Assembly: GCA_963704475.1 (NCBI GenBank)
Contig: OY969900.1
Location: forward strand, 1,301,453 to 1,365,452
From: an uncultured Alphaproteobacteria bacterium
GTDB taxonomy: Bacteria; Pseudomonadota; Alphaproteobacteria; UBA9655
Reading direction: 5' to 3'
DNA: 64,000 nt
Within the stretch, counting starts at the first letter, position 1, and the number at the start of each line of letters is the position of its first letter. The notes under the pieces are model-generated. The model saw only the letters and a list, made by a program, of their open reading frames with translations. It was not told the DNA's origin and searched no databases. Positions 19,079 to 26,994 of this stretch are shown one piece after another. The translations under genes and the position numbers were made by a program.

Positions 19079-21901
19079 ATGACATGTTTTAAGTCCTCCG
19101 TTTTCACAATTCCCTCCGGATGTTCCTTTTTGGAAAGCCTTGCCCGTGGGCTGTTAAAAGAGGTGGAACATGATCCCGCCTATTTGAGTCACATGGAGAT
19201 TTTCCTCCCCTCACGGCGGGCCTGCCTTGAACTCAAACGCGCACTTGTCCGGCAAAGAAAAGGGCAGTGTTTGTTGCTCCCCAAGCTCTCTCCCTTAGGC
19301 GATTTGGATGAAGATGAAGAGCTCTTAAGCTCTCCTCAAGATGATCTTGGATTAAAACCCCTCATCCCCCCTTATCAGCGTCTGGGGCTTTTGGCAAAAC
19401 TTATTGAGGATTACTTACGAAAGGCAGCCCTCCCCTCGTCTCCTGCTCTTTCCTTTAAACTGGCGAAAAGTCTTATTAAGCTTATGGATCAAGCGGCTAT
19501 TGAAAATGTACCGTGGGAAGGACTGGTGCACCTTGTCCCCTCTGAATTTGCTGGCCACTGGCAACTTACCTTAGATTTTCTTGAGATCATTACAACCCAT
19601 TGGCCCCGGATTTTAGAAGAAAAAGGGGTTGTAGAGCCTTATGTGCGTCATCATCAGCTCGTAGATCTTTTGATTGTGCGTATGCAGCATACCCAACCCC
19701 ACCACCCTATTTTGGCTGCAGGATCTACAGGGACAATGCCTGCAACAGCGCGTCTCCTCCAAGCGATCGCGTCTCTTCCCAACGGTGCGGTTATTTTACC
19801 AGGCCTTGATACGTCTTTGAGTACAGAAGAAGCGATGACGCTTTCTCCCTGTCATCCTCAGTATGCACACACACAGTTTTTGCAAAAGGTAAACCTAACA
19901 CCACGCGATATCCCTACCTGGCCCGGGATTGAAGGGGAGTCTCCTCATCCGCGTGCGGATCTTTTGGCTCAAGCCTTAAAACCTTCTTTTTCTCTTGCAG
20001 AAAAGCCATCCGCAAAAACCTTGGATGATGTGTACTTGATCCCTTGTGCATCTCCTCAAGAAGAAGCTCTGGTTATTGCAATTTTATTGCGCAAACAGCT
20101 TGAGATTCCTCATCAACGAGCAGCCCTTATTACTGCCGATTTAAAGCTTGGAGAACGGGTGAAGGGTGAACTGAAACGGTGGGGAATTGAGATTGATAGC
20201 TCCTCAGGAGAGCCACTCGATCAAACACCCCCAGGGGTTTTTTTGAAATTATGTGCAGAGTATGCCGCAACACCGGAAGATCCGGTGGTGCTCCTCTCTC
20301 TTTTGAAGCATCCGTTGTTTCGAGCTGGTCAGCCGGTAAAAGAGTTGCGGAAAGAGGTACGTACCCTTGAAAAGAAAATGCTGAGGGAGAGAGACTATTA
20401 TGAATCTGGAGTACTGCGTGCCTTGCAGCCTCTTGTAATGACGGGGAAAGATCCTCGTACACTTTTCCATGCTCACCGAGAGATGGCAGAAAGTCTTTCA
20501 ACGGACGATCAGGGAGTTTGTCAGCTTTGGGACGGAGAAGCAGGCAAGGCATGGAAGACTTTTTTTGAGACATTGGAAGGCGCTGCTTTAGACTTTCCTC
20601 CCTTTTCACTGACCGACTATCCGGCCGTTCTTCAAGAGTTATTTCGAGGACAAAGCTTTCGGTCCCATCTTCAGAAACATCCTCGCCTTTCTATTCTTGG
20701 CCCTCTTGAGGCACGGCTTTTCCATGCAGATGTGATGATTTTGGGGGGGCTGAATGAAGGAACCTGGCCGCCCACGATTGACATGGACCCTTGGTTGAAT
20801 CGGCCCATGCGTTTGGAGTTGGGTTTTCCTTCTCCGGAGAGGAGAATAGGTCTATCAGCTCACGATTTTAGCCAAGCTTTTGCCAGTTCAAAAGTCTATT
20901 TAACCCGTGCTTTAAAAGTGGACGGAACACCCACATTGGCCTGTCGCTGGGTAGAGCGCCTTGAGACATATTTAAAAGGCTGGGGTCTTTTACTGCCTCT
21001 AGATCTTAGAGTTTTGGAATGGGCGCGCCAGCTCGACCTTCCGGAGAAATACCATGTTGCTGAGCCTCTCTTACCAAGACCCCCCGTGGAAGTCCGCCCT
21101 CGTCGTCTTTCAGTCACGCAAATTGAAACATGGATGCGCGATCCTTACGCCCTCTATGCGCGCTCAATCCTCTCTTTATTCCCCCTTGATCCCCTTGATG
21201 CATCCGTCACTGCAGCTCGATTAGGAACTTTGACTCATGCAATTCTTGATCAGTTTTTTAAAGTCTTTCCTGATCCTTTTCATCGCGATGCCTTGAGAGG
21301 GCTTCTTTGGATTGGGAAAACCCTTTCTGAGCCGTATGAGGATAACTCAAGCATGCGCCTTTTTTGGCAGCCCCGCTTTGCCCAACTCGCAAAATGGTTT
21401 ATTGAGACAGAGCAGCGCACCCGGCTTCCCGGGACCAAAACCTTTACGGAAATTAAAGGGAAGATGACTCTTGAGACGCCTTATGGACCTTTTGAGTGTA
21501 CCGCAAAAGCAGACCGCATCGATGTGCTGCCCGATGGACGCTTACGCATTATTGATTATAAAACGGGCGTTCTCCCCAGTGACCAAGAAGTTATTCTAGG
21601 ATTTTCTCCTCAACTCCCCCTGGAAGGAGCGATCGCACTTCAACAAGGGTTTGAAGGCATTCCTGCGGTAGGGCTTGAAAGTCTTCAATTTTGGGGAGTC
21701 AAAGGGGATATGAAGGGGGGTGTTGTCAAAGCCATTCCTGGAGATCCAAACGAGCTTGCTGCAAAAGCACTGATCGGTCTTCACCGAATGATTTTAGTGT
21801 TTGAAAATGAAGCGACTCCTTATCCTGCACGTCCCGTTCCTTCTAAGGCATTGCGGTATAATGATTATGCACAGCTAGCGCGTCTGTCTTCCGTCTTATG
21901 A
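19079..21901 (+). CDS. addB: double-strand break repair protein AddB (alphaproteobacterial type)
   Basis: About 940 aa. C-terminal PD-(D/E)XK nuclease motif ADRIDVLPDGRLRIIDYKTG and overall length and architecture match alphaproteobacterial AddB. The ATG at 19079 is preferred over the GTG at 19061, which lies in a hairpin. Confidence 0.8.
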   Translation: MTCFKSSVFTIPSGCSFLESLARGLLKEVEHDPAYLSHMEIFLPSRRACLELKRALVRQRKGQCLLLPKLSPLGDLDEDEELLSSPQDDLGLKPLIPPYQRLGLLAKLIEDYLRKAALPSSPALSFKLAKSLIKLMDQAAIENVPWEGLVHLVPSEFAGHWQLTLDFLEIITTHWPRILEEKGVVEPYVRHHQLVDLLIVRMQHTQPHHPILAAGSTGTMPATARLLQAIASLPNGAVILPGLDTSLSTEEAMTLSPCHPQYAHTQFLQKVNLTPRDIPTWPGIEGESPHPRADLLAQALKPSFSLAEKPSAKTLDDVYLIPCASPQEEALVIAILLRKQLEIPHQRAALITADLKLGERVKGELKRWGIEIDSSSGEPLDQTPPGVFLKLCAEYAATPEDPVVLLSLLKHPLFRAGQPVKELRKEVRTLEKKMLRERDYYESGVLRALQPLVMTGKDPRTLFHAHREMAESLSTDDQGVCQLWDGEAGKAWKTFFETLEGAALDFPPFSLTDYPAVLQELFRGQSFRSHLQKHPRLSILGPLEARLFHADVMILGGLNEGTWPPTIDMDPWLNRPMRLELGFPSPERRIGLSAHDFSQAFASSKVYLTRALKVDGTPTLACRWVERLETYLKGWGLLLPLDLRVLEWARQLDLPEKYHVAEPLLPRPPVEVRPRRLSVTQIETWMRDPYALYARSILSLFPLDPLDASVTAARLGTLTHAILDQFFKVFPDPFHRDALRGLLWIGKTLSEPYEDNSSMRLFWQPRFAQLAKWFIETEQRTRLPGTKTFTEIKGKMTLETPYGPFECTAKADRIDVLPDGRLRIIDYKTGVLPSDQEVILGFSPQLPLEGAIALQQGFEGIPAVGLESLQFWGVKGDMKGGVVKAIPGDPNELAAKALIGLHRMILVFENEATPYPARPVPSKALRYNDYAQLARLSSVL

Positions 21902-21905
21902 TTTG

Positions 21906-22042
21906 ATACCATTTCGCATTCAATAGGTGGATATTCTGGATTGCTTCGCTTCGCTCGCAATGACGGAAATTGGCGTCATTGCGAGGAGCCGAAGGCGACG
22001 AAGCAACCCAGTTTTGTCTGCCACTTGATTGATAAGTGGTAT
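21906..22042. repeat. 137-bp MITE-like element, copy A (family 2 hairpin core flanked by ATACCAYTT inverted ends)
   Basis: Manual alignment with 46216-46352 shows 3 mismatches in 137 nt. The centre is the hairpin ctggattgcttcgcttcgctcgcaatgacg-gaaattg-gcgtcattgcgaggagccgaaggcgacgaagcaacccag. Confidence 0.9.
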
Positions 22043-22103
22043 GAGGAATAATTTCCCAGTTTTCTCGTGTGCACATGTTAAGTTGTGTAGTACAAGAACC
22101 AGT

Positions 22104-22811
22104 ATGATCCGTCTTTATGTAAACTCTTTCCTTGGTGAGGACTTCCAGATTTCTTTGGAAGAGGCGAAAAGCCATTATGTCCAAAAGGTGATGCGCCTTA
22201 AAGAGGGAGATGACCTTCTTCTGTTTAATGGGACAGATGGGGAATGGCGCGCAAAAATCATTGCAACGCTTAAAAAGTCCACCGCCCTTCTGCTCCTTTC
22301 CAAAACCCGCCCTCAGCACTATGAGGGAGATATATGGCTTTTGTTTTCCCCCTTAAAACCAAAGCGGCAAGCGTTTTTGGAAGAAAAAGCAACGGAGTTG
22401 GGGGCATCTTGTCTGTGGCTCGTTCGTTGTGAGTACACCTCTGTTTTAAACGTAAGGGTTGAGAAGATGGAAGCCCATTGTATTGAAGCGGCTGAGCAAT
22501 CTGAACGCCTTACGGTGCCTGTGATAAAACCCTTCACTGCTTTGTCGGATCTCCTCTCCACCTGGCCCAAAGATAGAACCCTTCTTTTTGGGGATGAAAC
22601 GTTAAGCGCTCCCTCACTGGCGAGTATTTCCATTATTCCTGAAAATCGTTACGCTTTTCTTGTCGGGCCAGAAGGAGGGTTTAGTTCCATTGAGCTTGCC
22701 CTTTTGAGAGACCATCCAAACGCACAAGGAGTGACCTTAAACGCGCATATTCTGCGAGCCGAGACGGCAGCGCTGGTGGGGCTTTCTTATCTTCAGCTCA
22801 AGAAATTTTAA
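22104..22811 (+). CDS. rsmE: 16S rRNA (uracil1498-N3)-methyltransferase
   Basis: MIRLYV... start and LVGPEGGFSSIE motif. The upstream part of the ORF-track frame (from 22029) runs through repeat copy A. Confidence 0.85.
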   Translation: MIRLYVNSFLGEDFQISLEEAKSHYVQKVMRLKEGDDLLLFNGTDGEWRAKIIATLKKSTALLLLSKTRPQHYEGDIWLLFSPLKPKRQAFLEEKATELGASCLWLVRCEYTSVLNVRVEKMEAHCIEAAEQSERLTVPVIKPFTALSDLLSTWPKDRTLLFGDETLSAPSLASISIIPENRYAFLVGPEGGFSSIELALLRDHPNAQGVTLNAHILRAETAALVGLSYLQLKKF

Positions 22812-23421
22812 CCTCTTTGTCTTCTAATCGAAAGGCAATGACGAGCGTTTTGTGGATATTTCCTTCCTCAAGAGTCCATGTTTTGACAGCTGCTAAGGCT
22901 GTGTCATCCAGAAGAGAATGCCCTGAACTTTTGCAAAGGCTGACATCAACAACCTGCCCCTCTTTGTTGGTTCTGACTGTCAGGCAAACGGCTCCTTCTT
23001 GGCCCCGTTTACGACAAATCCACGGGTAGGATGGAAGAGGTTGGTGCGGAGTGATCCTGGCTTTTGCAGGCATGACTCTTGTGTTATTGTCTGTTTTTTC
23101 CAGGTTATCAGCCCGAACAACCTTGTCATCTTGAACAACCCTGTCATCCTGAACTTGTTTCAGGACCTCATTGTTGTGGGGTTCCAAATTGTCATCCCGA
23201 ACTTGTTTCGGGATCTTGTTGTCATGGGGTCCTGAAACAAGTTCAGGATGACAGGGTTGTTCAGAATGAATATCCACCCAAACCATCTCAAAAACAACGG
23301 GGTTTCCTAAAAAAATCTTTAAAAAAGAGGGGATCAAAAAATAGGCTATGCTTCCATGAAGCCCAAGCGACAGCGCAGCTGAGAGGACAAAAGGATTCTT
23401 TAATTTACTCTTATGTTTCAT
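22798..23421 (-). CDS. tonB: TonB-like energy transducer with a repeat-derived linker
   Basis: 207 aa. N-terminal TM with SxxxH (SLGLH). C-terminal TonB domain pattern (PSYPWICRKRGQEGAVCLTVRTNKEGQVVDVSL...SSGHSLLDDTALAAVKTW). ATGA overlap with the upstream receptor gene. Confidence 0.7.
   Translation of the reverse strand: MKHKSKLKNPFVLSAALSLGLHGSIAYFLIPSFLKIFLGNPVVFEMVWVDIHSEQPCHPELVSGPHDNKIPKQVRDDNLEPHNNEVLKQVQDDRVVQDDKVVRADNLEKTDNNTRVMPAKARITPHQPLPSYPWICRKRGQEGAVCLTVRTNKEGQVVDVSLCKSSGHSLLDDTALAAVKTWTLEEGNIHKTLVIAFRLEDKEVKIS
23107..23268. repeat. cluster of RPE-like elements (family 1) inside tonB
   Basis: ctgtcatcctgaacttgtttcaggacctcattgttgtgggg... followed by attgtcatcccgaacttgtttcgggatcttgttgtcatggggtcctgaaacaagttcaggatgacagggttgttcag. 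Confidence 0.85.
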
Positions 23422-25241
23422 GTTTTTGCCTCAATGCCAAAAAAGACGGCTCGCCCCCGTGAACCATATCCAAAAACTTCTTCAAACCGCTTGTTTGTGA
23501 TATTTTCGAGGCGAAAAAATAAATTTGCATTTCGACTGACATCATAAGCGCCCCCTATGTTAACGAGTCCAAAAGGAGAAAGTCTGCGATGTGTGACCGC
23601 ATCTTGTCGGCTGTTAACGTAGTAGCCTTGAATGAAGAAGGAAAGCTCCGAAAGAACGCGCCACTGAATCTCCTCGGCCACCTTAAAAGAGGGAATCAAA
23701 GGAGAGCGTATTTTCTGAGGAGAATCCTGTGACTGGGTTAAGGTCAAGGAAGTCTTCATTGTAAGAGGTTTGAATGGGGTGAGAGACAAAGCCATTTCAA
23801 GTCCTTTTGTCAAACGATGCCCCCCATTGACTCTCTGAAAAACGAATTCTGAAAGTTGAAGGGACTGGGTGATGTGATCGATTTTCGTTAAAAATCCCGT
23901 CACACTTGCTTTTGCTTGTGTGTCCCAAAAGAGCTGATCCATGCCGACTTCAACGCTTTGGCTTTTTTCTGGTTTTAAAAAAGGATTTGGGATTTGCCAA
24001 GGGGTTGTTTGAAAGAGATCGGACAAAACAGGGGGTCTAAAGTTGGTCCCAAAGCTTGTCCTCAAACATGTTGTAGACGTGATTTTTTGATCGGCCCCAA
24101 CATTAAACGTGAGGTAATTTCCTAAAAACTTAAAGTGATCCCCGCGGATCCCCCCTTTTAACTCTGTTTCCTCAAACGGTTTAAAAATATTAATCAAAAA
24201 AATCCCCCCATGGGAGCGGGTGTGAAGAGCAACCTCCTGTGCCCGCTCTTGCCCTCCTTCAACGCCACTTATAAGGGTGTGCCAAGGATTAATTTTAACG
24301 TCGTTGCGATAATTCAGCAGAGGGTGCTCTCCAATTGTAAGATTGCTAAAAGAGGGGGTGTTTGTTTCACGCTTGGTTCGCGCATAAGAGGCTTTAAGCG
24401 AATGGTCCCACACATCGTTTCCCCACTTATTATCAAGGTTGCTGAGAAGTGTTTCTGTTGTGCTAAAATTTCGTGCTTCAAAGGGAAGGATGAGATCTCC
24501 CACCATTTGGGGGTTATCAAATTGAACCTTGTCCGTTCCATATCTGATGAGGCCTTCCACTTCCCAATTATCTGTCACAGCATATCCTACACGAGAAGAG
24601 AGGCTTCCATTATGATAAGAGTCACTCATACGATTTCCATGGAGGGGATTAATAAAAGAAGAAGGCCCACGCTTGAATCCTGCCATTGTAAGGGAAAAAG
24701 TAACTGGACCCTCTTCCCCTTGAGTGCCTAGGGTCCCATAAGCTGTACGAAAACTTCCCCCCTCTGCGTGGGCTTTTAAAGAAGGTTTGCCGTGTCCCCG
24801 TTTAGGGATGAGTTGAACGACCCCTCCCAAAGCCCCTGGGCCATAAATCAGAGCCTGAGGGCCAGGTAGGATTTCAATTTTTTCAAGATCTGCGTTAAGA
24901 AAATTTGAAAGATCTGCGCTGTTTCCAGAAGCCGGATCATTGATATAAATCCCATCCATAAGCACAAGATTTTGAGAAGAACGAGCGCCCCTTATGGTAA
25001 AATCAACCTCTCGACCTAAGGGGCCGAGGGAAACTACATTTGTACTTGGTGTATAGGGCAGAGTTTGTTGAAGAAAAATTTCTTGATAGGTTTCAATCTC
25101 TTTAGCTGTAATTGTTGTTTCTTTTCCGCCTATAGATTTATTCGTGTCCGAAAGGGCGGGTGCGGTGACTTCATAGACGGGGTTTGCAAAGGCAGAGCCC
25201 CCAAAAAAAAGAACATAGGCAAGAAAAAAACGAAAAGCCAT
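23418..25241 (-). CDS. btuB: TonB-dependent outer-membrane receptor, BtuB-like
   Basis: Signal peptide MAFRFFLAYVLFFGGSAFA from the ATG at 25241. TonB-box-like PVYEVTA, a plug domain and a beta-barrel of about 600 aa. A cobalamin riboswitch lies immediately upstream. Confidence 0.82.
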   Translation of the reverse strand: MAFRFFLAYVLFFGGSAFANPVYEVTAPALSDTNKSIGGKETTITAKEIETYQEIFLQQTLPYTPSTNVVSLGPLGREVDFTIRGARSSQNLVLMDGIYINDPASGNSADLSNFLNADLEKIEILPGPQALIYGPGALGGVVQLIPKRGHGKPSLKAHAEGGSFRTAYGTLGTQGEEGPVTFSLTMAGFKRGPSSFINPLHGNRMSDSYHNGSLSSRVGYAVTDNWEVEGLIRYGTDKVQFDNPQMVGDLILPFEARNFSTTETLLSNLDNKWGNDVWDHSLKASYARTKRETNTPSFSNLTIGEHPLLNYRNDVKINPWHTLISGVEGGQERAQEVALHTRSHGGIFLINIFKPFEETELKGGIRGDHFKFLGNYLTFNVGADQKITSTTCLRTSFGTNFRPPVLSDLFQTTPWQIPNPFLKPEKSQSVEVGMDQLFWDTQAKASVTGFLTKIDHITQSLQLSEFVFQRVNGGHRLTKGLEMALSLTPFKPLTMKTSLTLTQSQDSPQKIRSPLIPSFKVAEEIQWRVLSELSFFIQGYYVNSRQDAVTHRRLSPFGLVNIGGAYDVSRNANLFFRLENITNKRFEEVFGYGSRGRAVFFGIEAKT

Positions 25242-25328
25242 AATGACCCCGCTAGAGTTGTCCGACAATTTCTTGTCGTCACCACTAACGATAGGTCGTG
25301 ACTTTTGACGCGCCCCGCGCAAAAGACT

Positions 25329-25492
25329 GGTGACTCGTTATGGCAGGTCTCCTGACTTGGGCCTCATTACCCGGATCTCCCCCTTCCCGAAGCTAATTTT
25401 CAGTGGGTTTATGGAGTGGGTTCTTCCCTTACAGTTACGGGGGTAGTCACGGTTTCACACCGTGTTCCCTCTTAGGCATTTCTGCACCATAT
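25329..25492 (-). promoter_or_regulatory. cobalamin (B12) riboswitch
   Basis: The reverse complement reads ATGGTGCAGAAATGCCTAAGAGGGAACACGGTGTGAAACCGTGACTACCCCCGTAACTGTAAGGGAAG...AAACCCACTGAAAA...CGGGAAGG...AGTCAGGAGACCTGCC. This contains the conserved AGGGAA / GGTG-GAAA-CCGT / CCCCGTAACTGTAA core and a B12-box-like CCCACTG. Confidence 0.8.
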
Positions 25493-25730
25493 CTGGGTTA
25501 AGGAATAAGTTGTTTGAGGGGGGAGGTCAAGAATTAAAAGAGAGGGTTAGCGAGAAGGTATTAGTTGTTTCAAGTGCCCTGGGTATATACGTACTTTGCC
25601 TCGAAAAAAAGTTTCTGACGTTTACGAAATCTTAATTTTCATTAATTAAACTGTCGGGAAGTCAATGACCTTCTAGTGATGATCTCCTGTGGCAAGATTT
25701 GAAGACACACTATAAAAAAGGAAGATAGAT

Positions 25731-26036
25731 ATGTATAAACTACTGCAGGAACTCAAACCCTTTAGACTATTGCCAATAACGCTCCCTTTAACGGTGTTGA
25801 TGCTCGTAACTGCTTCCGATAAGGCCCATGCTCAAAACCAATTCATACTCTTTGCCTGCGCAGCACACTGTCCAGCAGAATGGCCTCCTGGTGGATGCTT
25901 CCTGATGACTCAACCCCCCTGCACTGTCGACCGGGAGGGTTGCAATAAATGCATCAAGACCTATAATGATGCCTTGAGATTCCAAGGTTCTGAAAAATGT
26001 AAAATATTTACTGGTGATGTATCGGAATGCATATAA
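25731..26036 (+). CDS. hypothetical secreted Cys-rich protein
   Basis: 101 aa with an AAGGAAG RBS, a hydrophobic N-terminus ending AHA-QN, and 8 Cys in the mature part. No family recognised. Confidence 0.45.
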   Translation: MYKLLQELKPFRLLPITLPLTVLMLVTASDKAHAQNQFILFACAAHCPAEWPPGGCFLMTQPPCTVDREGCNKCIKTYNDALRFQGSEKCKIFTGDVSECI

Positions 26037-26092
26037 TAGTTTACATCCTGAGGGAGAGATGTAGTGAATTCTTATCAAATACTGAAGCTACT

Positions 26093-26976
26093 CTAAACAC
26101 ACTGCATATCGATCAATTTTTTTCTCAGTAGCGTTTCTAAAATAGACAAAGGCGACTTTTCAGGAAAATACATAGAAGGAACGGGCAAATAGAAAGTTTG
26201 CTCAAGCAAAAATTGACCTGATAAGGCAGCGTGAGATGCTTGATCTGTCATCACAACCCATGTACTTCCACTTGGAAAGGAAAACTCCTCTGCATGGGCT
26301 TGCTGTTGATACTGCAGGTCTGCTTTCATCGCGTTATGCAATTGCAGCATGATGAAATCATAGGGTGTACGGTATCCCTGTAATGCCTAATTTCTGGAGC
26401 AAGATTGGAGGAATCCAAGCGCGATGAGAGAGGGACGGGACAAAGTGTTGAGCAACTTGCTCAAACGGTTCTCCAAGACGCCAAACACGTGGTTGCCCAT
26501 GGGGAAATATTTGAAAACACCCGCAATAATCGACGCCCTTGCACAGGTTGAGAGGCAAAAGCATCCACATGAAGGCGAGTGTCATCTTTACGATAAGAAG
26601 ACGCTTTGCGCTCCCTCACGTCTAAGGGGCGGAAGCTTGTTTTTCCCCACTCTAATGAATCTGTATAATAGGGACATAAAGATTCTATCAAGGTTCTGGC
26701 AGATTGAGCAAAACGCAGCATCATTTCCTGGAGAACGGGCGTATCTTCTCTTACAGCATGTCCTTTAAGACTCTGGGTTTGGGGATTAAAGCTAATGTTT
26801 TTTGATTTGGGGGCTTGGCTCGTTGGGGTGAGAAGTTTTTCCTCAGCTGGAAAAAGATCGAAGGCAAGGTGCGAGAGAAAAAGAACGCGCCCCTGTTCAA
26901 TACTTTCTAAAAGAGGATGCTCTCGTTGTTTTGAAAGCGAAAAATGCCACTGTTTGTCTTCTAATGTTTCCAACAT
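26093..26976 (-). pseudogene. kdoO: Kdo hydroxylase (KdoO, Fe(II)/2-oxoglutarate dioxygenase) disrupted by two frameshifts
   Basis: Three consecutive minus-strand ORFs in different frames together recreate a KdoO-like protein: ...RLHVDAFASQPVQGRRLLRVFSNISP / HGQPRVWRLGEPFEQVAQHF...LGITG / (YDF)IMLQLHNAMKADLQYQ...GSTWVVMTDQASHAALSGQFLLEQTF. Confidence 0.72.
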
Positions 26977-26994
26977 TTATCGATTTCTTTCATT

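Noticed and set aside
21843-22319. A 158-aa minus-strand ORF spanning the addB end, the 137-bp repeat and the rsmE start.
   Set aside because: It crosses a MITE and lies antisense to two confident genes. The repeat-encoded peptide (RSEAIQ..., CERSEA) is the typical artefact of these elements.
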